Virus record (IMG/VR): IMGVR_UViG_3300032260_000010
Location: 1 to 37,203 of that record
Strand: one strand, 5' to 3'
Length of the DNA stretch: 37,203 nt
Source of the DNA: a virus
Taxonomy: Duplodnaviria > Caudoviricetes
How positions within the stretch are numbered: the stretch's first letter is position 1; the number at the start of each line of letters is the position of its first letter. Below, in pieces: positions 19,037-27,769 of the stretch. The position numbers and the translations under genes were made by a program. The notes under the pieces were generated by a model. It saw only the letters and a list, made by a program, of their open reading frames with translations. It ran no database searches and was not told the DNA's origin.

Positions 19037-19305
19037 ACCGCCTCGAACAGGAGGGAACCGGTGCGGTTCCACGAGCCCACGGCGTGGGAGAACGCTACCC
19101 GCCCGTCCCACTTGGAAGCCTTGCCTCCGACATAACGCCATGAGCCAGGGTCTTCGCGTCCCCACTCGCCGGTGATGCGGTCAACGGCGCCGATCATGGC
19201 GGCCTTGGCCTTCGCTGGGGTGGGGTAGCTCCGCTCGAAGACGACTTCCGTGTCGCCGCTGGCGAACTTCTGGGTGACTGTGATGGTGGTGGTGTGGTTC
19301 CTCAT
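19033..19305 (-). CDS. Hypothetical protein, paralog A (90 aa)
   Basis: Own promoter element upstream. Clear similarity to 19365-19658. Confidence 0.8.
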   Translation of the reverse strand: MRNHTTTITVTQKFASGDTEVVFERSYPTPAKAKAAMIGAVDRITGEWGREDPGSWRYVGGKASKWDGRVAFSHAVGSWNRTGSLLFEAV

Positions 19306-19354
19306 GTGTCCCACACTACAGGACCGAGGCTGAGGTGTCAACCACAAACGTGGG
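19306..19354 (-). promoter_or_regulatory. Repeated promoter element, copy 3
   Basis: GTTTGTGGTTGACA, 17 bp, TAGTGT (19318-19313), ATG 7 nt later. Confidence 0.75.
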
Positions 19355-19364
19355 TTGGTCAGGT

Positions 19365-19658
19365 TCATGTCAACCACAATGGGGAACAGTGGATGTCGAG
19401 GTGAAACCGGAGGGACCCACCCCGGTTCCATGAGCAGACAGTCTGCTCGAAGGGTGTGCGCCCGTCCCATTCGGCGGCTTCCGCCACCGCCGCCCGATAG
19501 GCGGTGTCGTCCGCCTTGTGCCAAGTTTTGACCTCGCGCTCGAGCGCGTCGTTGACCGCTTTCTGAGCCTCAGCGGGTGAGTCGTAGGCCCGCTCAGAGA
19601 CAAGTGAGGTGCCACCGTCAGCGAACCGCTGGGTGACTGAAATCGTGATGGGTGTCAT
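19365..19658 (-). CDS. Hypothetical protein, paralog B (97 aa)
   Basis: Shares VTQ.FA.G, ER.Y..PA.A, WDGR..F and SWNR.GSL.F with paralog A. Confidence 0.8.
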   Translation of the reverse strand: MTPITISVTQRFADGGTSLVSERAYDSPAEAQKAVNDALEREVKTWHKADDTAYRAAVAEAAEWDGRTPFEQTVCSWNRGGSLRFHLDIHCSPLWLT

Positions 19659-19709
19659 GTGCTTATCTTGCCGGGCCGCACACGACGCGTCAACCACAAA
19701 CATGGTGGG
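19659..19709 (-). promoter_or_regulatory. Repeated promoter element, copy 4
   Basis: GTTTGTGGTTGACG, 17 bp, CAAGAT (19670-19665), ATG 6 nt later. Confidence 0.7.
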
Positions 19710-19784
19710 TGGTTTCGCCCAACCCGAACGCTGCTGGTGCTGGCGCATAGACTCAGACCACAATGTGCGGACGGGCGGACGACG

Positions 19785-20063
19785 ATGGGCGACAATGGCA
19801 ACGACAATCTTCTCCACGAACTGGTGACCCGAATGGCCGTTTTAGAAACCCAAGTCACACACGAAATCGGAGATCTTCGCGGCGACCTGGAACGCACCCG
19901 CAGCATCGCTGATCGGCTCGAGAAAGCCGTCGCTCGTCTCGAACTCGAAGCCGGCGCCCGGGTCATGTCCCGCCGCGAACGGACGACCGCATGGTCAGCG
20001 ATGGGTGTCGCCGCTGTCTCCGGCGGTCTCGCGCTCTTCGAACGCTTCCTCGGCGCGATCTGA
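19785..20063 (+). CDS. Coiled-coil protein with C-terminal TM helix (lysis-associated)
   Basis: Hydrophobic C-terminus. Abuts the endolysin gene. Confidence 0.65.
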   Translation: MGDNGNDNLLHELVTRMAVLETQVTHEIGDLRGDLERTRSIADRLEKAVARLELEAGARVMSRRERTTAWSAMGVAAVSGGLALFERFLGAI

Positions 20064-20957
20064 ATGGGCATCATCACCCGGGAGGAATGGGGGTCCACCG
20101 GCCGCCGCGGCGGTTCCCCACTCAAAGGCCCGCTAGCCCCGGTCGTGATCCACACATGGGCCATGGCCGCGACCGGCCGCACACCGATGACCCAATCGAA
20201 AGCCGCCTCATGGATGCAATCGGTCCAGACCGGGCACCGGAACGCCCGCCGTTTCGCTGACATCGGCTACAACTTCTGTGTCGACCCCGAGGGCCGAATG
20301 TTTGAGGGCCGCGGCTGGCTCCGTTCCGGGGCGCACACGATCGAGCTGAACCGTGCCGGGCACGGTCTGGCGCTCATGGGCCACGGGGACCAACAAGCCG
20401 CGACACCAGCGCAATGGGACGCGCTCCGAGACCTCATCCTGACGGGGCAAGCCGCCGGCGCGATCTCGAGAAACTATCGGGTCACGGGGCACCGCGACTG
20501 GCCAAGCTCGAGAGGGAAGACCTGCCCCGGGAACTTGGTCTACCCTCTCATTCACAAACTCGACGCAGGGACCACGTTCATGACCTCCGCCGCCGGCGAA
20601 AAGCACTACCCCACCACCGCGGGCGACCGCGACCTCGTCCGCGGCGACCTAGGCGCTGGTGTGCGGGTCCTCCAACACATCCTGAACACCCACCACTCGG
20701 CGGACCTCGCACCCGACGGCGACTTCGGGCCGCTCACCGAAGCCGCCGTCCGCGCCGCCCAAAACGACGCAGGGCTCATCGTCACCGGCGGCTGGGGCCA
20801 TTACGCGGCCCTCGATACCTGGGCCTCGCTCGACGACGCGTTGACCGCGGCCACCACGTCGATCGACGAAGCAGCGACCGCGGTCAACGACGCAAAGGCC
20901 GACATCGCGTCAGCCAGGGCAAGAATCTCCGCCATCAACCAGGCCCAGGCCGGGTAG
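20064..20957 (+). CDS. Endolysin: N-acetylmuramoyl-L-alanine amidase (PGRP/Amidase_2-like) with peptidoglycan-binding domain
   Basis: IITREEWG, IH, DIGYNF, EGRGW, GAHT, GHRD and TCPG motifs, then DGDFGPLTEAAVRAAQ. Confidence 0.92.
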   Translation: MGIITREEWGSTGRRGGSPLKGPLAPVVIHTWAMAATGRTPMTQSKAASWMQSVQTGHRNARRFADIGYNFCVDPEGRMFEGRGWLRSGAHTIELNRAGHGLALMGHGDQQAATPAQWDALRDLILTGQAAGAISRNYRVTGHRDWPSSRGKTCPGNLVYPLIHKLDAGTTFMTSAAGEKHYPTTAGDRDLVRGDLGAGVRVLQHILNTHHSADLAPDGDFGPLTEAAVRAAQNDAGLIVTGGWGHYAALDTWASLDDALTAATTSIDEAATAVNDAKADIASARARISAINQAQAG

Positions 20958-21052
20958 CCGCCAAATCTCGGATAGCGGTGTCCGACAGCCGCCGGGTCTT
21001 GTCCGGGACCCGGCGTCGTAACATCGACATCCACTGCGGTCGGGCAGCTCGT

Positions 21053-22063
21053 TCATGTTCCTTCTCCGAGTTCGGCGATGGCAATGTCAGCTTCGGCTTC
21101 CAACAGCGACTCGGGTCCGGAAGCGCGCCCGCCGCTGATGTCCCGATAGAACTGCACCCGTTCGCCCTCGGGCAGCACGTCCTCCGCCTTGGCGAGCGCG
21201 TCGATCTGGTCGTGGGTCGCCATCGGAATGTTGCCCGCAGCGAGATCCTCCGCAGCGGCGAGAACCTGCCAACGCACGCCCGGCGGGATCTCGTCGAGCG
21301 CCTCCCAGTTCTTCGCAACCATCCGCCGCTCGAACTCCGCTCCAGCGGCCCCGCCGAGGGTCGCCACAACGGTTTCGAGGCGACCAAGGTCAGCCTCGGC
21401 AAGGGCCTCGTCATCGTCTGCTGTCTCAGCGACCGCCCGCTGCAAGACAGGCTGCTCCCGCAGGTCCTCGATCTCACCGGGCGTGTAGGAAATCCCGGAG
21501 ATCACATCCGGGAACAACCGCCTACACAACGCCCCCACCGCCCGCGCCCAACACATATCCGCGGGATACTTCGCCCACGGTGTCGGCGCACCCGAACTCG
21601 ATTTCGCGACCGTGGTCACCCCGTCCGGAGCGACCGTGCACAACCCGGCCCGCTCGGCATCTCGGATGGAGAACACCGCTGTGTGTTCCTCGCCGGTGTC
21701 CGCACGTTTCCCGGTCACCTCGGCGCCCGTCAACGACGTCTCCCCGGTGATCTGATGGCCGTGGGCCCGCACCGAAGCCAACATCGCTTCCGGGCGCATC
21801 GTCGCACGCCCGTCGATCACATGAATCTGTTGGCATGCCGTAACAGGGTCCCACCCGTGGCGGACCCCCTGGATCGCGGCGACGAGCACGTTCGCAGGTT
21901 TCCCCCGGTAGGCATTCGGGAGGATGTCAGCGTCAGCGAGCATCTCTGCGATCTGCCCGAGCTGGACCATTTCTGCGACGGCCATTTGCGGGCCGAGGCC
22001 GGAAACGACTGGCCGCGCCGCAACCGCTTCGGGTTCGACGGCGACCAAAGCTTTGTCGTTCAT
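21053..22063 (-). CDS. RecT/Red-beta-like single-strand annealing protein
   Basis: LPNAYRGKPANVL, IHVIDG, AERAGL, WAKYPADMCWARA...RRLFPDV..G.YTP.E. Confidence 0.8.
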   Translation of the reverse strand: MNDKALVAVEPEAVAARPVVSGLGPQMAVAEMVQLGQIAEMLADADILPNAYRGKPANVLVAAIQGVRHGWDPVTACQQIHVIDGRATMRPEAMLASVRAHGHQITGETSLTGAEVTGKRADTGEEHTAVFSIRDAERAGLCTVAPDGVTTVAKSSSGAPTPWAKYPADMCWARAVGALCRRLFPDVISGISYTPGEIEDLREQPVLQRAVAETADDDEALAEADLGRLETVVATLGGAAGAEFERRMVAKNWEALDEIPPGVRWQVLAAAEDLAAGNIPMATHDQIDALAKAEDVLPEGERVQFYRDISGGRASGPESLLEAEADIAIAELGEGT

Positions 22064-22066
22064 GCC

Positions 22067-22471
22067 TCACCACCCACGCAGTCGGATTGTCGGGAACGCC
22101 AATCCTGTGCGCCGGGCGGTCGGGAGCTGGTCGTGGCCGTCGTGCTCGGCGAGGTGCGATGTCATCTCGGCGATGGCCCCTTCCTCGGACCCGACGAACA
22201 TCACGGGCTTACACGCCGGGCACTCGATTAGGTACAGCGCCGGACCGGTGGCCGCCCGTTGTTCGACGATCCGGTCCAGGTTCGAGGCGGCGGTGTCCGC
22301 CGCGGCAAACGACCAGCCGACGCCGATCTCGACGCCGGCAAGAGCGGCCGCCACCGTCCCGTCGTCGTCGAGCACCGTCCCGCCGCTGTCAATCAGCCGC
22401 CACGCCTCGAGATCGGCGAGAACGTCAAGATCGGCCCAGTCGGTCAGATCGACCGCGTCGGGGTCAGTCAT
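22067..22471 (-). CDS. Hypothetical protein with CxxC...H..H
   Basis: Acidic ORF upstream of recT-like gene. Start chosen at MTDPDAV and is uncertain. Confidence 0.55.
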   Translation of the reverse strand: MTDPDAVDLTDWADLDVLADLEAWRLIDSGGTVLDDDGTVAAALAGVEIGVGWSFAAADTAASNLDRIVEQRAATGPALYLIECPACKPVMFVGSEEGAIAEMTSHLAEHDGHDQLPTARRTGLAFPTIRLRGW

Positions 22472-22501
22472 CAGCGCTTGGAGGACACTGACGTGACCTA
22501 A

Positions 22502-22606
22502 ATTCACATGCTTGGTTCGGTTCATGTCAACCACAATACGCCACATGCGACCAAATCGCAAGACGCTTCTAGACATCGGGAGCCATAAACCGGTATGGTG
22601 TGTGGC
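22502..22606. promoter_or_regulatory. Divergent promoter region
   Basis: Minus strand: TGTGGTTGACA, 17 bp, GTGAAT. Plus strand: TAGACA 22570-22575, 18 bp, TATGGT 22594-22599. Locally AT-richer. Confidence 0.65.
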
Positions 22607-22789
22607 ATGTACTTGACCACCCACGAAGTCGCCGCTCGCCTGGGCATTTCCGCTATCAATTTGCAACGCAAACGTGCGAACGGGTCCGGGCCCCCATGGA
22701 AACGTTTCGGCCGGTCCATCCGCTATGACGACGCCGCCCTTCGTGCGTGGGAAGCCCAACAACCCGGCTCCGATTCCGGTGCGTCATGA
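22607..22789 (+). CDS. AlpA/excisionase-like HTH protein
   Basis: YLTTHEVAARLGIS...GPPWKRFGRSIRY. Confidence 0.85.
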   Translation: MYLTTHEVAARLGISAINLQRKRANGSGPPWKRFGRSIRYDDAALRAWEAQQPGSDSGAS

Positions 22790-23085
22790 TCGTCGACACC
22801 GAGATCAAAGTCATCGTCAAGGTCGACCTCGACCGTCTCCGCACCTGGCTCGCCAACCACGGCTACGCCCGCACCCAGGCCGAGACACTGTCCGCTGGGG
22901 AGATCTGGGGGGCCAAGGGGCGCCCCAGCGTCAGGCTCCCGCTCGACCGCTACCCCGCCGGCGAACGCTCCACGATGGTCTCCTGGGCGATCGGCAGCCT
23001 CGCCTACCACACCCATCTCCCCCACGCCGAGATCGTCGCGCAAATCGCCGCCACCCACACCGCCATCGAGGAGCCGATGCTGTGA
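22786..23085 (+). CDS. Hypothetical protein
   Basis: ATGA overlap, phage-like codon use. Confidence 0.6.
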   Translation: MIVDTEIKVIVKVDLDRLRTWLANHGYARTQAETLSAGEIWGAKGRPSVRLPLDRYPAGERSTMVSWAIGSLAYHTHLPHAEIVAQIAATHTAIEEPML

Positions 23086-23300
23086 GCACCGGGACATGGG
23101 CGTCCCTCCCGTGGGGACCAGTCGCCCGCCTCACCGCCCACATGACAGCAAAACAGATCGGCGAGCAGACCCGCACGGCACCGGACACCATCAGAAAATA
23201 TGCTGAACGCGGCGCCGTGCCCGTCCACGCAGGCGATCGGATCGCATGCGGCCTCGGCCTCCACCCTGCCCTCATCTGGGACGAATGGGAAACCACATGA
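23082..23300 (+). CDS. Ner/Nlp-like HTH protein 1
   Basis: GAGGAG RBS. DRIACGLGLHPALIW motif. Confidence 0.65.
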   Translation: MSTGTWASLPWGPVARLTAHMTAKQIGEQTRTAPDTIRKYAERGAVPVHAGDRIACGLGLHPALIWDEWETT

Positions 23301-23545
23301 CCGGGGCCCGCACGACCGAGGCGTTCCCTTGGGCCCCGATCGGGCTGATGGTCGACACCGACCCGAACACGTTCGGCCCCGGCGCCGCAGCCCTCGCCGA
23401 AGCCACCGGCCTCCACTTCTCCTCGGTTTACCGCTACCGGGCGACCGGGTGGATCCCGTGGCACGCTGCAGACCGCATCGCTGTCGCGCTCGGGTTCCAC
23501 CCTGGGGCCATTTGGCCCGAATGGTGGGGCCGTGGCATGATGTGA
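23297..23545 (+). CDS. Ner/Nlp-like HTH protein 2
   Basis: ALAEATGLHFSSVYRY helix pair, then DRIAVALGFHPGAIWPEW. Confidence 0.7.
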   Translation: MTGARTTEAFPWAPIGLMVDTDPNTFGPGAAALAEATGLHFSSVYRYRATGWIPWHAADRIAVALGFHPGAIWPEWWGRGMM

Positions 23546-23575
23546 TCCCCCGCCGGGTTTCGCAGCCCGGCACTC

Positions 23576-23612
23576 ACGGGCCCCGACCTTCGTGGGGGAG
23601 GTCGGGGCCCGT
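23576..23612 (+). terminator. Strong hairpin (putative terminator)
   Basis: ACGGGCCCCGACCT...AGGTCGGGGCCCGT, a perfect 14-bp stem in an intergenic gap. Confidence 0.65.
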
Positions 23613-23701
23613 TGCGCGCCCGCCCACAACCAGCAAGAACACCGTTCCGGATGGTGTACCAACGGTGGCAATAGCGGTCCGCCATGGGCTAAGATCGGGG
23701 C

Positions 23702-23887
23702 ATGGCTTACAAACCGATAGACCTCACAAACCCACCAGCGCGAGCTAACACACGGCTCGACAAAGACACAGCGTTCGACATCGCAGCGCTAGCACTCGAA
23801 GAGAAGCGCACATTCAGCGCGATGGTCAGGTGCCTGCTCGAAGATGCGCTCAAAGCACGCGCACTCAACGACCCCACACCCTTCTGA
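23702..23887 (+). CDS. Ribbon-helix-helix-like DNA-binding protein
   Basis: NTRLD...IAALALEEKRTFSAMVRCLLEDAL. TAAGAT 6 nt before the ATG. Confidence 0.7.
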   Translation: MAYKPIDLTNPPARANTRLDKDTAFDIAALALEEKRTFSAMVRCLLEDALKARALNDPTPF

Positions 23888-23888
23888 C

Positions 23889-24260
23889 ATGGATGCGGCA
23901 ACGATTTCTCTCAACCTGACACCTGCCGAGGTGGCGGCCATATCCCCGAGCTCGACGAACACTGGGCGACGACCCCAGCTCCGGGTGCTTCCACTTCGTG
24001 GGCCGATGATTTACATCATTTACGTCGACGGTGAGCTGTGGCACTTCGGTTCATCCGTGAACATCCGCCAACGGTTCAAGGACCACCTCGGCCGCATCGA
24101 GGGCGAGTGCTGCCCGCACGTCCCGGTGATAGCGCTCGCCGCGTGGGAGTACCCAACCGAGGCGGCCATGCTTACCGCGGAAAAGGCGTGGCATGAAGCC
24201 CTGGGGACCGCCTGGACGAACCTCGACGAAAGCAGGCTCCAGAGAGCGAGGGCAGCATGA
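23889..24260 (+). CDS. GIY-YIG-like nuclease domain protein
   Basis: IYII...HFGSSVNIRQRFKDH...AEK. Confidence 0.6.
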   Translation: MDAATISLNLTPAEVAAISPSSTNTGRRPQLRVLPLRGPMIYIIYVDGELWHFGSSVNIRQRFKDHLGRIEGECCPHVPVIALAAWEYPTEAAMLTAEKAWHEALGTAWTNLDESRLQRARAA

Positions 24261-25123
24261 GCAACGATGCAGCGGGCCACGTCACGAGGTTCTCTCCGTA
24301 CAAGCGCAGCGAGCACGCTGTGCTCGTGGCCATCGCCGACACCGTGAACGATCTCAACAACAACGAATTCTGGATGCGCGCCAAGGTTCTCGCCGCCAAG
24401 TCGCGGGTATCGATCGGGACCGTCCGCAAGGCGCTCCGCACGTACTGCGACGATGGGTGGCTCGTGCAGCTCACGGCCAACAAAGACACCGGCGGGCCGT
24501 CCCGTTACCGGTTCGTGTTCGACGACTCGAGGGCTGTTGTCTTCGAGTCCAGGGAGTATCACGAACGGCAGCCCGACGGCCGGGTGAAACGGGAGGGTGG
24601 TCGTAGTGACGACCCTCTGGAGGGTGGTCGTAGTGAGCAACGGGTTACCCACCCAGTAGCAACGGGTTACCCACCCAGTAGCAACGGGGTCACCAGTGAC
24701 GCGCGACATAACTCAATAGAACTCAACACAACCCAACCGACTACTGATGTTCCGGCTTCGCCGAAACCGAGACGGTCGGCGGTGCCAGACGGCTACGAGC
24801 CGAGACCTGCAGACGTGGCGAGCGCTGCTCGTGCCGGCCTCGACTTCGACGGTGACGGCTTCGGTGCGGAGACCGAGCAGTTCGTGGATCATCACCGGGC
24901 GAAGGGCTCGAGGATGGCGGATTGGGACGCGGCGTGGCGCACCTGGATGCGCTCGAGCTACCGCAAACGACCCGCCGCCGCACCCGCTGCACGGTTGCGG
25001 CCGGGCATGCAACGCCTCGGCGACCTCGGATCCGCGATGCGGGCGAACGGGCGCGACCCGTTCGGTCTGACAGAGCCAAGCCAGGCAACACTCACGCTCG
25101 AACAAGGAGACACGGCACGATGA
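24257..25123 (+). CDS. Replication initiator (lambda O-like)
   Basis: N-terminal wHTH (LVAIAD...LAAKSRVSIGTVRKAL...GWL), internal direct repeats, and a C-terminal FVDHH...DWDAAWRTW. Confidence 0.8.
   Translation: MSNDAAGHVTRFSPYKRSEHAVLVAIADTVNDLNNNEFWMRAKVLAAKSRVSIGTVRKALRTYCDDGWLVQLTANKDTGGPSRYRFVFDDSRAVVFESREYHERQPDGRVKREGGRSDDPLEGGRSEQRVTHPVATGYPPSSNGVTSDARHNSIELNTTQPTTDVPASPKPRRSAVPDGYEPRPADVASAARAGLDFDGDGFGAETEQFVDHHRAKGSRMADWDAAWRTWMRSSYRKRPAAAPAARLRPGMQRLGDLGSAMRANGRDPFGLTEPSQATLTLEQGDTAR
24592..24737. repeat. Iteron-like repeats plus A/C-rich tract (putative replication origin)
   Basis: Two 18-bp GGAGGGTGGTCGTAGTGA (24592, 24619). Two 22-bp AGCAACGGGTTACCCACCCAGT (24636, 24658) plus a partial third (24680). 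A-rich tract at about 24708-24737. Confidence 0.75.
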
Positions 25124-25716
25124 ACGGAGAACAGGCGCTAGATGTGCTCGGGATGCTGGGCGCCCGCCCACAGTTTGCGCACTTCCAGATGGACCTTGAA
25201 GGCGCTGTCCGCAGTTGGATCGCTGACCTGGGTGATCTGCCCGGGGCCGAGGTGGCGGGCGCGGTGAACGCTTTGGTACGCACGCAAGATGGTTTCCCGA
25301 CTGTCGCCGCTGTAAGGCGCTGGGTGGCGGAGCGGCGTGGGTTGTTGCCGCCCGCCCCGGATTTGGCGTGGGCGCTGTTGCTGGCCGCTGGCGGCGCGTT
25401 GGATGTGCATCGGTTGGTGTGGCAGGTTGCGGACATGCTCGGCGGGCTGACCCATGTGCGGGAGAAGAACCTGCGGTGGGAGTTCACGCAGGCGTACAGG
25501 CCGCTTCACGAGCGGGCAACGGCTGACATCCTCGCTGCGGACGGCCTGGTCCCGACGGGTGACCGTGCACTGCCTGCGGGCGCTCCGGCCGAGCACGTGT
25601 GGCGCGACGACGGCGGGCTCGGCATGTTCCACCTGGCGCCCGCCGGGTGCGGCGCCCATCACCCGCCTGGCGAGAGCGCCGTCGCTTGCGACGCTCAAGC
25701 GCCGGTGGTGTCATGA
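25120..25716 (+). CDS. Putative helicase loader/inhibitor (G39P-like)
   Basis: Follows the initiator. W...L.DL...V..AV...FPTVAAVR motif. Confidence 0.65.
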   Translation: MNGEQALDVLGMLGARPQFAHFQMDLEGAVRSWIADLGDLPGAEVAGAVNALVRTQDGFPTVAAVRRWVAERRGLLPPAPDLAWALLLAAGGALDVHRLVWQVADMLGGLTHVREKNLRWEFTQAYRPLHERATADILAADGLVPTGDRALPAGAPAEHVWRDDGGLGMFHLAPAGCGAHHPPGESAVACDAQAPVVS

Positions 25717-26039
25717 GCGCCCTGGCCAAATCAGTCGCCGCGCTCCGGAGGTGCGAGCACACCACCCAGGGGGTGGTCATGGGTGCGCACGCCGAGGATC
25801 TAGACGCGGTACTCAACGTGATCGAGTCGATTCCCCCAGATCGGCTGCATGCGTGGCACACCGTGACGGTGAAGGCGGGCGGATGGCAGATGGCACACCC
25901 GCTCGCCTGCGACCTGGCTGTGTGCCCGTTCGATGGTCTAGCGCAAGCCGAATGGGTGGACCCGCCCACCGCTGTGGGCGTGTGGAGGTGGCACGATTTC
26001 GAGGACGAGCCGTGGGACTGGACAGAGGAGGTGTCATGA
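25713..26039 (+). CDS. Hypothetical protein
   Basis: ATGA overlap. Contains H...HPLAC....C. Confidence 0.6.
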   Translation: MSALAKSVAALRRCEHTTQGVVMGAHAEDLDAVLNVIESIPPDRLHAWHTVTVKAGGWQMAHPLACDLAVCPFDGLAQAEWVDPPTAVGVWRWHDFEDEPWDWTEEVS

Positions 26040-26425
26040 GCGCAGAGACAGCACCCACCGACCCGGCGTCGGTCATAGCGATCGCGTGGATGGAAGCGTG
26101 GGCGGCTGCACGCAAGACCGCGCCCGAGCGTTGGGCGGAGGACGACGCCGTCCTCGCTGGGCGTGTCGAAGCGGCAGGCGCCGCGTCGACGTACGGTGTG
26201 ACCGCCGCCGCCCGCTCCACGTTGTGTTGGCTAGCTGCCCGCACCGAACCGATGGACCGCGACCTTGTGGAGGCGACACCGGAAGTCATCGCGCACGCGA
26301 CCGGTCGCACCGTCGACCAGGTTGCTGCAGCGATCGGACAGCTTCTTGCAGACGGCTGGCTGGAACTGGCGAGGGCGCAGACAGCGGACCGCCCCGCCCG
26401 CTACCGGTGGGCGGGAACAGCATGA
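26036..26425 (+). CDS. Putative winged-helix protein
   Basis: IAHATGRTVDQVAAAIGQLLADGWL...PARY. Confidence 0.6.
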   Translation: MSAETAPTDPASVIAIAWMEAWAAARKTAPERWAEDDAVLAGRVEAAGAASTYGVTAAARSTLCWLAARTEPMDRDLVEATPEVIAHATGRTVDQVAAAIGQLLADGWLELARAQTADRPARYRWAGTA

Positions 26426-26898
26426 GCACTGAAACGGCACCCCCGTATCGCGTGCGGCTCTCTCGCTCCGCAGGGTGGCGCCTGCCGCCCAACTCCCGCT
26501 CCGTCGCACGGCCGGGCAGATTCGGGAACCCGTTCGTAGCGGGCACACTGATTCGCTACGGTCCGCAGCACCAGGAGCGCTTCGGCCGCTCATGGGACTA
26601 CGAAGGCCGGGTCTCGGCGGCGGGCACCCGCCACGATATGTGGTTCGCGCCGGACGACATCGTGGAGACCCACATCCGCGAAGCGACCGTGGAAGAGCGC
26701 GTCGAGCTCTACCGCTTGACGTTGACCGCTCCGACCCCCGGCATGGTCGCGGCGTGGCCGTCTGCGCACGGGCGTTTCGTGCAGGCAGAACCCGCCGAGC
26801 TAGCGGGAGTCAACCTTGCATGCTGGTGCCATCTCGACGCACCTTGCCATGCCGATGTACTGCTCGGGCTAGCGAACGAGGGAGCGGCCACATGTTGA
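26422..26898 (+). CDS. DUF4326-like protein
   Basis: GWRLP...VARPGRFGNPF and LAG.NLACWC....CHADVLL motifs. Confidence 0.8.
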   Translation: MSTETAPPYRVRLSRSAGWRLPPNSRSVARPGRFGNPFVAGTLIRYGPQHQERFGRSWDYEGRVSAAGTRHDMWFAPDDIVETHIREATVEERVELYRLTLTAPTPGMVAAWPSAHGRFVQAEPAELAGVNLACWCHLDAPCHADVLLGLANEGAATC

Positions 26899-27368
26899 GT
26901 GTGACGATGTCCGACGCTGAGGATGTGCTGACCGTGCTCGCTGCGCAATGGGAGGGTGATCCGTTCGCTGGCGCTGAGCGGGTGGTGTGGATGCAAGGGC
27001 TCGTGGGGCGTCCGGTTGCGGATGTGGGCCGCGCCGTCGATCGCTTCGTGGCGGGCCCGGTGTGCCCGTCATGGGCAGAGTTCGCCGCCGAGCTAGCCAC
27101 CTACCGGTCCCGCCCGCCCGCCGACGGCGAGGGCCCACGCTTGTACCGCGACGACCGCAGGGCGTCGACGTACGTGCGGGTGTGTCAGGCGTGCTGCAGA
27201 CGGTTCGCGTCGGGTGACACCGAGTGGCGTGACCTCCTCGGATGGGCGGCGGCCATGCCGACAGCGGCGGTGTTCGAGCGCACCATGCGGACCATCGCCG
27301 ACCGCATCCCACCCGACACCACCGACATGGACCACGCGATCACACAACAACTTAGGAGCACACAATGA
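26892..27368 (+). CDS. Second G39P-like hypothetical protein
   Basis: DVLTVLAAQW...W...L...V.RAVD.F...PSWAEF. Confidence 0.5.
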   Translation: MLSVTMSDAEDVLTVLAAQWEGDPFAGAERVVWMQGLVGRPVADVGRAVDRFVAGPVCPSWAEFAAELATYRSRPPADGEGPRLYRDDRRASTYVRVCQACCRRFASGDTEWRDLLGWAAAMPTAAVFERTMRTIADRIPPDTTDMDHAITQQLRSTQ

Positions 27369-27769
27369 GCAGCATTATCCCGACATACAAGTCTGAGCAG
27401 TCGACCGCTGTCATCGAGGCGTTGATGCGTGCGCTTGTGCAGCACGGCGTGCCACCGGAAGACCTGGCGGCATACCCAGTCGACGGCGAACTGCTGCAGT
27501 GGTGGCTCGGCGTTGGTCAGGGCAAGCGCATCACCCGGCTCGAAGCGCGCGTGGGTCTCAGGGCGGCATCGACGGGACTGTGGTCAGTCTGGGTGGTAGC
27601 GACATCCGAGATGCTGTGGGGTGAACGCAACGGACTGAACAAGGCTGTGGTGGCGGGGGTGCTGGAGGGTGGAGGCGAGCTTGCTGGTGCTGCGGAGGCG
27701 GACACCCGCCGGCGTGTGGTGGGCACCGACCTGCCGCCCGCGCAGCCTCACGACGGGCCGGTCCTGTGA
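27365..27769 (+). CDS. Hypothetical protein
   Basis: AGGAG RBS and ATGA overlap. Confidence 0.65.
   Translation: MSSIIPTYKSEQSTAVIEALMRALVQHGVPPEDLAAYPVDGELLQWWLGVGQGKRITRLEARVGLRAASTGLWSVWVVATSEMLWGERNGLNKAVVAGVLEGGGELAGAAEADTRRRVVGTDLPPAQPHDGPVL

Noticed and set aside
20414-22231. 605-aa plus-strand ORF and other long Arg/Pro-rich or antisense ORFs (e.g. 13382-14743, 16178-17581, 2245-3147)
   Set aside because: Shadow frames of real genes in high-GC DNA, with no recognisable motifs.
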